Origin: an uncultured Chloroflexia bacterium
Lineage (GTDB): Bacteria > Chloroflexota > Limnocylindria > Limnocylindrales > CSP1-4
Length of the DNA stretch: 64,000 bases
Direction of reading: 5' to 3'
NCBI GenBank assembly: GCA_963779315.1
Contig: CAVZXQ010000019.1
Span: 81,444 to 145,443 of the forward strand
Shown: piece after piece, positions 28,400-39,792 of the stretch
Layout of the letters: the number at the start of each line of letters is the position of its first letter
How positions within the stretch are numbered: the stretch's first letter is position 1
The notes under the pieces: model-generated
Databases searched by the model: none
What the model saw: the letters and a program-made list of their open reading frames with translations, nothing else
What the model was told of the DNA's origin: nothing
Translations under genes and position numbers: made by a program

Positions 28400-29274
28400 T
28401 CAGAGCGGCTCGTAGCGGAAGCGGTCGCGGTCGCGGACGAGCCGGCCGACCGGGTGGCGCGCCTCGTGGGACAGGACGACGGTCCAGTCCTCGTCGGCGG
28501 CCTGGGCGAACAGCTCCGCCTTGCGGCGCACCGAGTCGAGCGGGAAGTCGTCGAACGCGGTGACCCAGCGCGGGTTGGCCGCCCACGGCCGCATGCACAG
28601 GTCGCCGAAGAAGGCCAGCGTCCGCGCGCCGGCGCCCGTCCCCCGCACGACGACCGCCTGGTGGCCCGGCCGAGTGGCCGCCGGTCGGCACGACCGAGAC
28701 GCCCGGCAGCAGCTCGCGCTCGCCGTCGGCCCAGCCCTCGGCGCCCCAGTCGCGCGACGAGGCGCAGCTCCGGCTGGTCGTAGGAGGCCACGAGCCGCGG
28801 GTTGTCGCCGAGCGCGATCTCCCACTCGGCCCGCTGGGCCACGATCCGCGCCCGCGGGAACGCCCGCGACCCGTCCGCGCGCAGCAGGCCGCCGGCGTGG
28901 TCGAAGTGGAGGTGGCTCATCGCCACGACGTCGACGCGTCGCCGGGTCGAAGCCGGCCGTCTCGCAGCGCCGGCACGATCCAGCGGTCCCTCGTACGCCG
29001 CGCATCGCCCGCGTCTTGTCGTCGAGCCGCTCGCCGATCCCGGTCTCGACCAGGACGCGCCCGGCCGGCGTCTCGACGAGCAGGCAGTTGAGCGCCTGGA
29101 GCAGGCGCCGCTGGTCGTCGAGCTCGTCCGGCGACGAGGCGCCCCACAGGACCCACGGCACGGGCCCGAAGAGCGCCCCGGCGTCGGACCGGAACGTGCC
29201 GGCCTGGACGAGCGCGACGCGCGTGCCCGCCGCCGAGGTCGCGCGACCAGTCGACCGCGTCGTTGATGCGCCAT
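28400..29274 (-). pseudogene. MBL-fold metallo-hydrolase, frame-disrupted as assembled
   Basis: [16 protein letters not shown] (HxHxDH) in one frame. [20 protein letters not shown] and the C-terminus [19 protein letters not shown]...VVLSHE in another. Confidence 0.7.
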
Positions 29275-29278
29275 CGGC

Positions 29279-29883
29279 CTAGCCCTCGCGCGGGCTCCCC
29301 GGCCTCGCGGCCGGCGTCGAAGTCGCGGTGGAAGGCCGACGCGGTCGGCTCCGACTGGCCCTGGTACTTCGACCCGAGCTCGGGCGAGCCGTACGGCCGC
29401 TCGACCGGGCTCGACATCCGGAAGAAGCTGATCTGGCCGATCCGCATCCCGAAGTAGAGCGCGATCGGCAGGTTGGCGACGTTGGACAGCTCGAGCGTCA
29501 GGTTGCCCTTCCAGCCCGGGTCGACGTAGCCCGCGGTCGAGTGGATGAGCAGGCCGAGCCGGCCCAAGCGACGACTTCCCCTCGAGCCTGGCGACGAGGT
29601 CGTCGGGCAGCTCCACCCATTCGAGCGTCTGGCCGAGGACGAACTCGCCCGGGTGGAGGATGAACGGCTCGTCGTCGTCGATCGTCGAGCAGCTCGGTCA
29701 GGTCCGGCTGCGGCGCGCGCGACGTCGATGAACGCGTAGCGGTTGTTGCGGAAGACCCGGAAGCTGCGGTCGAGGTGGAGGTCGACCGACGACGGCTGGA
29801 GGTCGGCCGGGTCGTACGGGTCGATGCGGACCCGGCCCGGCCTCGAGCGCGGCCCGGATGTCGCGGTCGGACAGGACGCTCAT
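29279..29883 (-). pseudogene. dcd: dCTP deaminase, frame-disrupted as assembled (3' end uncertain)
   Basis: [32 protein letters not shown] (reconstructed across frames), [44 protein letters not shown]. Confidence 0.8.
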
Positions 29884-30365
29884 CGGCGCGCGCGCCCCGT
29901 CGTCGGCTCGCGCTCGGCGTAGCAGCGTGTCGACCTCGCGCTTGAGGTCCTCGAGGTCCTCGAAGCTCTGGTAGACGCTGGCGAACCGGATGTAGGCGAT
30001 CTGGTCGATGCGCGCGGAGCTGCTCCATCGCCAGCGCGCCGATCCGCGACGACGGGACCTCGGTGGCGCCGGCGGCGCGCAGCTCGGCCTCGATCGCGTC
30101 GGCGGCCGTCTCGGCGGCGCCGTCCGGGACCGGGCGGCGGGTCAGCGCCTTGCGCAGGCCGGACGCGAGCTTGTCGCGGTCGAACTCCTGGCGCGACGCC
30201 GTCGCGCTTGACGACGACCAGCCGGGCCGCCTCGACGCGCTCGTAGGTCGTGAACCGCGTCGCGCAGGCGGCGCACTCGCGGCGGCGGCGGATGGTGGCC
30301 GAGTCGTCGAGGTCGCGCGAGTCGACGACCCGGGTGTCCCGCTCGCCGCACTGGGGGCAGCGCAT
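29880..30365 (-). pseudogene. nrdR: transcriptional repressor NrdR, frame-disrupted as assembled
   Basis: Zinc ribbon [17 protein letters not shown]...[17 protein letters not shown]. The ATP-cone continues in another frame ([21 protein letters not shown]...AMEQL). The stop overlaps the dcd start. Confidence 0.85.
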
Positions 30366-30384
30366 CGCTCTCCTGTCGCTCCGG

Positions 30385-30435
30385 CACCACTAGCCCTTGT
30401 GGTGTGCGGCGAGGATACCACTAGCATGGTGTGGT
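30385..30435 (-). promoter_or_regulatory. two tandem NrdR-box-like palindromes upstream of nrdR
   Basis: CACCACTAGCCCTTGTGGTG at 30385-30404 and ACCACTAGCATGGTGTGGT at 30417-30435. The ACCACTAG starts are 31 nt apart. Box 1 lies 20 nt from the nrdR start. Confidence 0.65.
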
Positions 30436-31015
30436 CAGGAGCGTCCGGTCAGGCGCATCGGCGCAGGCCGTCCGGCGCTGGTCGGTCCGGCGTCGACGTC
30501 CAGCGGCCTGGCCGCGGCCGGCGTGACGGGCGATCGCCTCGCGGGCGTGGAGCAGGTTGAGGTAGCCGCGCTTGATCGAGGTCTGCGCCTCGAGCTCGCG
30601 CGTGCCCGCGCCGGACGTCGACCAGGATCGTCGCGCCGTGCTCGACCATCGTCGAGCGCCCGGCCGGCCCGCTCGAGCTCGGCGACGAGGTCGGCGCGGA
30701 TCGGCTCGGCCTGGCGCGGGCCGTGCAGCGCCCGCGCCTCGTCGGCGTAGCGCTCGACGGCGTCGGTGCGCCGCGGTCAGCGTGTCGCCGATCGTCGTCC
30801 GGGCCGACCTGGTGGCGGCGGACCGCGTCGATCCGGCCGGCCGCGCCGCCGAGCGACGCGTCGACCCGCGCGGCGAGGTCCTCGACCGCGACCCGGAACC
30901 GCTCGACCTCGCGGGTCCGGGCCGACGATCCGGCCGGTCCGCCGGAGCACGACGACCAGGCCCGCCGCGAGGGCGACGAACGCCAGCGATCGGCAGCAGG
31001 ACCGGCGAGCTCCAC
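30421..31015 (-). pseudogene. hypothetical membrane-anchored protein, frame-disrupted (boundaries uncertain)
   Basis: Plausible pieces in three frames: [54 protein letters not shown], and [26 protein letters not shown]. Confidence 0.3.
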
Positions 31016-31039
31016 GCGGTCCGGCCGCCGGCCGTGCGC

Positions 31040-32038
31040 TCAGCCCGACCGGGCGCGGAGCTCGGCGAGCGAGCGCCGGCGCCGACCTCGAACAGGTCGC
31101 CGACGACGAACAGGTCGGCGAACTCGGCGATCGGCGCGTCCGGGTCGCGGTTGACGGCGACGATCGTCTCGGCCGTCTGCATCCCGACCTTGTGCTGGAT
31201 CGCGCCGCTGATCGCCGAGCGCGAGGTAGAGCTGCGGGCTTGACGATCTTGCCGGTCTGGCCGATCTGCTGGGCGTACGGGATCCAGCCCGAGTCGACCG
31301 CCGCGCGCGTCGCCCCGACCGCGCCGCCGAGCGCGTCGGCGAGCTCCTCGACGAGCGCGAAGCCGTCGGGGCCGCCGACGCCGCGGCCGCCGGCCACGAT
31401 GATCCGCGCCTCCTCGATCGGCGCGGCCGCGCTCGGCCTCGCTGACGCGGTCGACGACGCGGACCGCGGGCAGCGCCGTGGGCCGGTCGACGGTCGCGCG
31501 CCTCGACCGTGCCCGGCGGCCGCGGCCGGCTCGGCGGTCGACGACGTTCGGGCGGACGGTGACGATGCCGCGGCCGCCGGTGAAGCCGGACGTCGTGAGC
31601 GAGCTTGCCGCCGAACACGCTCATCTCGACCGACGGGCCCGTCGTCGGCCCAGGTCGACCGCCGTCGCGTTGGCGAGGACGCCGAGCCCGGTCAGCGCCG
31701 ACACGGCGCCCGGCGAGGTCGCGGCCGTCCGGCGCTGGCCCCGACGAGGACGACGTCGGGCGCGCTCGGTCGTCGACGAGCGCGGCGAGCTGGCCGGCCG
31801 CGACGGCGCGACCAGGCGTGGTCCGCGGCCGCCGGGTCCGCGACGGTCCGGACGACCGGGCAGGTACGCGGCGAGGTCCGCGGCGGCGGCCGCCGGGTCG
31901 GCGCCGACGACGATCCCGACGACGTCCCGGCCGGCGGCCGCGGCCGAGCTCGCGCGCGAGCGTGGCGACCTCGGCGCTGATGCTGGCCAGCGCCGCCGTC
32001 CGCGGCCTCGGCTCGGCGACGACCCAGAGCGCGCCCAT
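31040..32038 (-). pseudogene. etfA: electron transfer flavoprotein alpha subunit, heavily frame-disrupted as assembled
   Basis: The N-terminus MGALWVVAE and C-terminus [39 protein letters not shown] were recovered from different frames. Confidence 0.8.
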
Positions 32039-32837
32039 CAGATGATCCTCCGCTCGGCGAGGAAGTCGACGACCTGGCGGCGCGGCCTCGTCGGGCGTCT
32101 CGCGGACGACCCGCGTCGCGGCCGCGGGCCGGCGGCGTCGCGGCGCCGAGGACGCGCGGTGGTCGCGACGGCGCCGCCGACCGCGGCCGCGTCGAGCCCG
32201 AGGTCGGCCAGCGAGCGCGTGACGATCTCCTTGCGAGCGGGCGGCCATGATCCCCTTGAGCGACGGGTAGCGCGGCTCGCCGAGCGCCTGGGTGCCGGCG
32301 ATGACGCGCCGGCATCGGCGCCTCGAGCAGGTCGTAGCCGGTCGGCGCTGATCCGCCGGACGCGGACGGTGCCGGCCGCCGGGTCGGGCTCGATCCGCGC
32401 GGCGTACGACAGGAACGGCAGGCCGAGAGCGCCGCGACGCCGGCCGGCGACGACGCCGCCGACGCCGTCGGACGTGTCGACGCCGGCGAGGACCAGGTCG
32501 AACTCGAGCGTCGCGAGCGCCGCGGCCAGGACCGGTCGCGGTCGAGACCGCGCACGAGCCCGCCGAGCGCCGGGTCGGTGACGAGGACGCCGCGGTGCGG
32601 CGCCCATCGCGAGCGCCTTGCGCAGCGTCTCGGGCGCGTTCGCCGGGGCCATCGACAGGAGCGTCGACCTCGCCGCCGTGCGCCTCGACGAGCTTGAGCG
32701 CCGCCTCGAGGGCGTACTCGTCGTTGCCGTTGACGACGGCCGGGCACGGCGGCCCGGTCCAGCCGGCCGTCCGGGCCGAGGCGCTCGCCGCCCGACGCGG
32801 GGTCCGGGACGGGCTTGACGAGGACGACGATGCGCAC
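32038..32837 (-). pseudogene. etfB: electron transfer flavoprotein beta subunit, heavily frame-disrupted as assembled
   Basis: MRIVVLVKPVPDP at the start, and MAPANAPETLRKALAMGA and LVLAGVDTSDGVGGVV in other frames. The stop overlaps the etfA start (TGATG). Confidence 0.8.
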
Positions 32838-32863
32838 CGAGGCCGAGACCTCCCTGCGCGCGG

Positions 32864-34054
32864 TCAGCCGCCCTTGCCGAGCAGCGCCCGCGCGATGACG
32901 AGCCGCTGGATCTGCTGGGTCCCTTCGTAGAGCTGGGTGATCTTCGCGTCGCGCATCATCCGCTCGACCGGGAACTCGTCGATGTAGCCGTAGCCGCCCA
33001 GGACCTGGACGGCGTCGGTGGTGACCCGCATCGCGGTGTCCCCGGCCACGAGTTTACACATCGCCGCCCAGCGGCTGGCGTCCGGCGCCCCGGCCTCGAT
33101 CTCCGACGCAGGCCTTGTACAGGAGCTGGCGGGCGGCCTCGGTCGCGGCGTCCATGTCGGCGAGCATCGCGCCGACCATCTGGAGCTCGCCGATCCGCTG
33201 GCCGAACTGGCTGCGCTCGCGTCGCGTAGCGCGGTCGCGGCCTCGAGCGCGCCCTGGGCGATCCCGACGGCCTGGGCGGCGATCCCGGGCCGGCTGCGAT
33301 CGAACGTCCGCATCGCGATGCTCGAAGCCCGTCGCCCTCCGTCGCCGATCCGGTTCGCCGCCGGGACGCGGACGCCGTCGAAGGCGAGCTCGGCGGTCGG
33401 GCAGCCGCGGATGCCCATCTTGTGCTCGAGGCGGGCGACCGCGAAGCCCGGCGGTCGGGACCTCGACGACGAAGCACGACAGGCGCCGGTGGCGCGGGCC
33501 GCGTCCGGGTCGGTGACGGCGAAGACCGTGACGAGGTCCGCGACGGAGCCCTGGCTGATGAACCGCTTCGAGCCCGTCGATGACGTAGTCGTCGCCGTCG
33601 CGGACGGCGCGGGTCCGGATCGCCGGCGGCGTCCGAGCCGGCCTCGGCCTCGGTCAGGGCGAACGCGATCAGCTGCTCGCCCGGACGCCAGGCGCGGGAA
33701 CCAGCGCGCCTGCTGCTCGTCGCGTGCCGGCGAGCAGGATCGGCAGCGCACCCGAGCGCCTGGACCGCGAGGATCAGCCCGGTCGTGGCGCAGGCGCGGC
33801 TGAGCTGCTCGATCGCCAGGCAGAGCGTCAGCAGGTCGCGCACCCAGGCCGCCGTACGCGCTCCGGGAACGGCAGGCGCCAGGATGTCGTGCGTCGGCGA
33901 GGAGCTCGCGGAGGTCCTGCGGGAACTCGCCGGTCCGGTCGATCTCGGCGGCGCGCGGCGCGATCCGCTCGTCGGCGAGGACGCGGACGGCGTCGCGGAG
34001 GAGCAGCTGCTCCTCGGTCAGGCGGTACGGCCCGGGCGCGGTCGCGGTGGTCAC
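32864..34054 (-). pseudogene. acyl-CoA dehydrogenase, frame-disrupted as assembled
   Basis: YRLTEEQLLLRDAVRVLADERIAPRAAEIDRTGEFP, GSKRFISQGSVADL, and C-terminal AMCKLVAGDTAMRVTTDAVQVLGGYGYIDEFPVERMMRDAKITQLYEGTQQIQRLVIAR. Confidence 0.85.
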
Positions 34055-34436
34055 GCGGCATCGTACGGCGGCATGCTAGCAGCGGCCGTCGGCCGCGCGG
34101 ACCGCTGGCCGGACCTTCGTCCGTGGCTCGGCGCACCGAGCGCGATGCGGCGCGGGCAGGCGCTGGACGGCCGGGCGTACCCTCGGATCATGGACCGATC
34201 TGCCGCTCCTGGCGCTGCATCGTGGCCGCCGGCGTCGGCATCGTCGCGACGCTGCTGCATCCTGCGCCGCCAGCGACGGCGACGGCCGACGAGACCGCGC
34301 GAGACCCCGTTCGCGGTCAGCACCGAGGGCATGAAGCGCTGCCCGTCGTGCGGGATCGGCAACCTCGTCGACCGACGTCGACCTGCTCGCAGCTGCGGGA
34401 AGCGCGCTCGCCCGGCTGACGACTCGGCACGCGCCG

Positions 34437-36614
34437 TCAGACGACCGGCAGCCGGCGCTCCGCCGGGGCGGCGGCGATCCGCGCCGCGAGGATCTCGCTG
34501 ATGTCCGCCGAGGCCACGCCGGCGCCGCCCTCCGGCCGCGGCCAGGCCGTCGCTCAGCATCGCCATGCAGAACGGGCAGGCCGTGGCGACCGTCGTCGGC
34601 GCCGGTCTCGAGGACCTGGCGGGTCCGCTCGGCGTTGATCCGCGTGCCGCGGTTCTCCTCCATCCACATCCGCCCGCCGCCGGCGCCGCAGCAGAACGTC
34701 TGCTTGCCGTGACTTCTCCATCTCGGTGACGCTCGACGCCCGGCGGCGCCCAGCACGTCGCGCGGCGCGGCGACCACGCCGTTGTAGCGGGCCAGGTAGC
34801 ACGAGTCGTGGAAGGTCACGCGTGCCGGGCCGTGGTCGCCGGTCTCGGTGCCGTCGGCATCCGTCGGGATGCGTCGCCAGCCGTCCGGACGACACGAGCT
34901 CGCGCGAGGTACGTCGAGTGGTGGACGACCTCGTAGTGCCCGCCCAGCTGGCCGTACTCGTTGCCGAGCGTGTTGAAGCAGTGCGGGCAGGCGGTGACGA
35001 TCGTGCGCTGGCCCATCCGCGTACCGGTCGAGCGTCTCGACGTTGCCCATCGCCAGCATCTGGAAGACGTAGTCGTTGCCCATCCGGCGGGCCGGGTCGC
35101 CGGTGCACGACTCCTCCTGGCCGAGGACCGCGAACGCGACGCCGGCCGCGTGCAGGCAGGTCGCGACGGCCCGGGCGACCTTCTGGTTGCGCGTCGTCGA
35201 AGGCGGCCGCGCAGCCGACCCAGTAGAGGACCTCGAGGTCGTCGAGCTCGCCCGCGCGCGGCCACGTCGGCGACGGTCGGCACCTCGAACGGCAGCGCCT
35301 TCGTCCAGTCGAGGCGCGCCGACGCCGGCTGGCCCCACGGGTTGCCCTGGCTCTCCATCGCCCGGAACGCGGCGGTCAGCTCGGCCGGGAAGCGGCTCTC
35401 CTCGAGGACGAGGTTGCGGCGCAGCCCGACGATCTTGTCGACGTGCTCGATGAGGACCGGGCAGGCCTCGACGCAGGCGCCGCAGGTCACGCAGTCCCAG
35501 ACCGCGTCGTACGGGATGGCCGTGTCCACGATCGGCGTCGCCATCGTCGCGGGCGACAGGGTCGTGTCGTCCAGGCCGTACGTCTCGCGCACGATCGGCG
35601 AGTTGGGGATGACGTCGATGCGTCTGCTCGGCCATCTCGGCCATGTCCCGGATGCCCATGATGAAGGTCTTGGGGTTGAGCGGCTTCCCGGTGTTGTAGG
35701 CCGGGCAGGCGTCCTGGCAGCGGCCGCACTCGGTGCAGGTGAACCCGTCGAGCAGGTCCTTCCAGCCGAGGTCCTGGAGCGTCTTGAGGCCGAACGTCGC
35801 GTCCTCGTCCTCGAGGTCCATCGTCGGCAGCTGCGCCGCGCGGCGCGAGCTTGCGGAACTAGATGTTGACGAAGCTCGTGTCGACGTGGAAGTGCTTGTT
35901 GGTCGGGATGAACAGCAGGAACGCCGCGAGCACGACGATGTGCGCCCACCAGAGGACGGCGAACGCGGCCTCGGTGACGCTCGGCGCCGAGCGACGCGCA
36001 GCGGGATGGCCAGCGCGTTGGTGACGAACGCCCCCGGGACGTCGCCGTAGGCGGCCGCCTCGAAGGCCAGCGCGAAGAACTCGGTCGAGACGACGAGCGC
36101 GATCATCGTCAGGATCAGCAGCCCGGTCCGGTCCAGGGTCAGCCGGGCCGGCCGCGACGACGAGGCGCCGCGCGAAGAGGTAGACCAGGCGCAGCCAGGA
36201 CGCCGACGCGCGATGACGTTCTGCAGCGCGACCGCGAGCGTCCAGAGGACGCCCGTCGAGCGGCCACGACGACGATCGCCTGCAGGAGCCCGCCGGTGAC
36301 GATGTTGGTGTTGCCGATCGAGCAGGATCGTGGAGCCCAGGAAGACGACGTAGTGCACGACGCCGGCCCGCGGTCCAGCGGAACATCTTGGTCTGGAGGA
36401 AGGCGTAGCGGACGAGCGCCCCACGCCCGGATGCCGACGTCGGACGACGGGACCGGCGCGCCCTCGTGGACCGCGGTGAAGACCCGCAGGCGGCGCGCGA
36501 TGACGAGCAGCGAAGAGCGCGAACGCGCCCCAGAAGATCGGGAAGACGAGCGGGTAGGCCGGGACGTGCTCGAACGTCTCGAACAGTCAGGTCGGGTCGC
36601 CTCCGGCCGTGCAT
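34437..36614 (-). pseudogene. membrane-anchored (Fe-S)-binding CCG-domain oxidoreductase, EtfD/HdrD-like; many frame changes and one in-frame TAG
   Basis: TM-rich N-terminus. Two 4Fe-4S motifs, [12 protein letters not shown] and [15 protein letters not shown]-type segments [18 protein letters not shown] and [12 protein letters not shown] at 35859-35861 interrupts ...TSFVNI*FRKL. Confidence 0.75.
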
Positions 36615-37096
36615 CGGTCGAACGGGCCGGCGAGCGTCTCGAGGGCGTGGTCGAGGACCGGCACGATCGCCTCCAGCGACTCCAGCGCGCCCTTGCGGGC
36701 TGCCCGGCAGGTTGACGATGAGCGTCCGGCCGCGCACGCCGACGACGCCGCGCGACAGGTCCGCCAGCGGCGTCGACGGCGCGGCCCGCGGCGCGCATCG
36801 CCTCGGCGATGCCCGGGACCTCGTAGTCGACGACCGCGCAGGGTCGCCTGGGGCGTCACGTCGCGCGGCGTCAGGCCGGTGCCGCCGGTGGTCACGACGA
36901 GCGCGTGCCGGGCCGCCGCGTCGCGCAGCGCGGCCTCGCAGCTGGCCGCTCGTCGGGGACGACGCGCCGCTCGACCGTCGAAGCCCAGCGCCGCCAGGCG
37001 CGCCGCCGACCGCGCGCCCGGACACGTCCTCGCGGACGCCGGCCGTCACGCCGTCGCTCGCCGGTCAGGACCAGCGCGGTCCGCTCGACCGGTCAC
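36587..37096 (-). pseudogene. mog: MogA/MoaB-type molybdopterin adenylyltransferase, frame-disrupted as assembled
   Basis: VVTTGGTGLTPRDVTPQAT and TLIVNLPGSPKGALESLEAIVPVLDHAL recovered across frames. The GTG at 37096 overlaps the upstream stop. Confidence 0.7.
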
Positions 37097-37723
37097 GCGT
37101 CAGCGCCACGCTGGGGCTTCGGCTGGCGCCTTGGGCTTGGGCTTGACCCGGCCGGCGGCGCGTGCGCCCGGCCGGGGCCGCGGCCGCCGGCGGCTCGACG
37201 CTCGGCCGGGCGGATCGTGGCGGACCCACGTCGCCGGTCTTGCCGCCGGTCTTCGACACCAGGCGGACGCACCGGATCTCGACGCCGCGCTCGACGCCCT
37301 TGACCATGTCGTAGACGGTCAGCGCGGCGACGGACGCGGCGGTCAGCGCCTCCATCTCGACGCCGGTCTGGCCGGTGGTCGCGGCCTCGGCCCGGATGCG
37401 CAGCACGCCGGCGGCCCGGTCCGGCGTGATCGCGACCGAGAGGTCGGTGAGCGCCGAGCGGATGGCAGAGCGGGATCAGGTCGCTCGTGCGCTTGGCGCC
37501 CATGACGCCGGCCAGCTCGGCGACGCCCAGCACGTCGCCCTTGGCGGCGCGCGCCGTCGATGACCAGGCTCATCGTCTCGGCGGACATGGCCACGAGCGC
37601 CTCGGCGACGGCCCGGCGCGCGGTGACCGGCTTGTCCGAGACGTCCACCATCCGCGGCCGGCCGGACCGGTCCACGTGGGTCAGGCGGCGGCGCTCGGAG
37701 CGCGGGAGTGGCTTCTGGTCCAT
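37093..37723 (-). pseudogene. moaC: cyclic pyranopterin monophosphate synthase MoaC, frame-disrupted as assembled (3' end uncertain)
   Basis: [50 protein letters not shown], and [32 protein letters not shown] precedes ATG 37723. Confidence 0.8.
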
Positions 37724-37735
37724 CGGATCCTCCGC

Positions 37736-39080
37736 TCAGGCCGGGTCGAGCCACCAGAGCTCGACCTCGGCGCCGGCCGGCAGCGTATCGTGCGCCTCCG
37801 GGATGACGGCCAGCGCGTCCGCCGAGGCCAGGGCGGACATGACATGGCTCCCCTGCCCGCCGCGCCGCCGGACAGTCTCACACGGACGCGACCCCGCTCG
37901 TCGCGCATCGGCGCACCGGTCGCATCCCGCTCGGCCGTCACCCGCAGGAACGCGCGCCGTCCCGCGCTCTTGGAGACGTCGTCGCCCAGCACCGCCCGGT
38001 CGACGGGGCGGAGGACGTCGCGCCGGCCGGCCATCGCGCCGGATCGCCGGGCCGCACGAACAGCTCGAAGGTCACGAAGCTCGAGACCGGGTTGCCCGGG
38101 CAGGCCGAACAGGAGCGTCGTCGGGTGAGCCCGGCGCCGAGCGAGGCGGTCCCGAAGGCGAACGGCTTGCCCGGCTGGACCGCCACCCGCCACAGGTCGA
38201 TCCGGCCGAGCTGCTCGAAGGCCGTCCGGACCACGTCGTACGGGCCCGACCGAGACGCCGCCCGAGACGATGATCGCGTCCGGCTCCTCGGCGAGGCCCG
38301 CCTTCAGGTGGGCCAGCACGTCGTCGAGGCGGTCCTTGGCGATGCCCAGTCGCAGCGACTCGCCGCCGGCCGCGTCGACGAGCGCCGCGAGGCCCGGGCC
38401 GTTGGCATCGGGGATCCCGGCCGGGCCGAGCGCCTGTCCGGCCGGCGCGGATCTCGTCGCCGGTGGCCAGGACGGCGATCCGCGGCCGCGGATGGACCGA
38501 CGACGTGCGACACGCCCGCTCCCGCACGCCAGGGCGACCCCGGCGGCGGTCATGGCCGTGCCCGGCTCGAGGATCGTGACGCCCTCGGCCAGGTCCGAGC
38601 CGCGCCGACGGATCGCCGCGCCTGGCCCGACCGCCTCGTGGACGAGGATCGCCGCCGGCGGCGCACCGGTCGCGTCGCGGCCGCGCGGCCCGGTCGCGTT
38701 GCCCGCGGCGTCGGCCGGCGTCGTGAGCTCGACCTGGACGACGGCGTCGGCGCCGGGCGGGACCGGCGCCCCGGTCGCGATCCGGATGGCCGTGCCGCGC
38801 TCCACGGCCTGCCGTGCGGGCGATGCCCGGCCCGGACCTCGCCGATGACGCTCAGGGTGACGGGGCCGTCCTCGGTGGCGCCGGCGACGTCCGCGGCGCG
38901 GATCGCGTAGCCGTCCATCGCCGAGTTGTCCCAGGGCGGCAGCGCGGTGAGGCTGACGACCGGCTCGGCAAGGACCAGCCCGAGCGCGTCGGACGTCGCG
39001 CGATGCTCGGTGCGGGTCCGCGCCGGGATCGCGGCAAGGACGGCGTCGCGCGCCTCCTCGACCGAGTGCAGGTCGCTCAT
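37736..39080 (-). pseudogene. moeA: molybdopterin molybdenumtransferase MoeA, frame-disrupted as assembled
   Basis: LTALPPWDNSAMDGYAIRAADV, IRIATGAPVPPGADAVV, and LFGLPGNPVSSFVTFELFVRP in different frames. Confidence 0.8.
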
Positions 39081-39764
39081 GCCGCCAACCGGCGCCACGG
39101 CCGTAGCCCTCGAGCCGCGACCGCGCCGCGCCGCCCGGCGACCCACGCCGTCAGGAGCGAGAGCACGATGATCACGACGCCGACGGCCATCGCGGTCTCC
39201 TCCCAGAACTGGAACGGGAAGAGCTGGACGAGCCGGTCGGTGGCCGGGTCGAAGAGGTACGACCCGGCCGGGAAGAAGATCTGGTGGAACAGCTCGAACA
39301 GCTGGTCGAAGGCGACGCAGCCCGACGACCCCGACGACGACGGTCGCGACGATCAGCCCGACGGCGCCCCGGCGGACCGACGCGCCACAGGCGCGACCCG
39401 GTCCCGGCGACGACTGCGCGACGAGCAGGACCAGCGACCGAGGCGACCGCGGCCGCGAACAAGCCCATGAACACCGTCCGGACGTCGCGCATGTGCTGCT
39501 GCTCGCGCTCGTTGAGGACCGGCACGCCGCCGATGTCGACGTCGAAGTCGGGCGGGCCCCAGATCAGGTCGCTCAGGATCGCGTCCGTGGCGATCCGCAG
39601 GTCCGCGGCGGCGAAGCCGGTCCAGGCAGCGGCCTGCGGCTCGGTCCTGCTCGAAGGCGATCCACGGCGGGGCGAGGAACGGGACGATCGACGACGGCCA
39701 CGATGACCAGCGCGACCGCGATCCCGGTGAGGAGCGAGGCGGCGCGGCCGCCGAGGTCGTTCAC
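39077..39764 (-). pseudogene. DUF1461/TIGR01906-type integral membrane protein, frame-disrupted as assembled
   Basis: LNEREQQHMRDVRTVFMGL motif with flanking TM segments. The inferred stop overlaps the moeA ATG. Confidence 0.5.
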
Positions 39765-39792
39765 CGCGTCATCGTAGCCCGGACGAGGCCGG

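Noticed and set aside
34190-34500. Small plus-strand zinc-ribbon ORF (MKRCPSCG...CSQ-CGK after one shift, preceded by a TM-like segment) in the gap between the etfD-like gene and the acyl-CoA dehydrogenase
   Set aside because: It needs at least two frame corrections and its end would overlap the convergent etfD-like 3' end. The evidence is too thin to call, although it resembles the zinc-ribbon protein at 46190-46636.
35859-35861. TAG read-through or recoding as a genome-wide feature
   Set aside because: Several intact, well-delimited genes terminate with TAG (13864, 15626, 4525-4527). A single in-frame TAG is better explained by a substitution or sequencing error.
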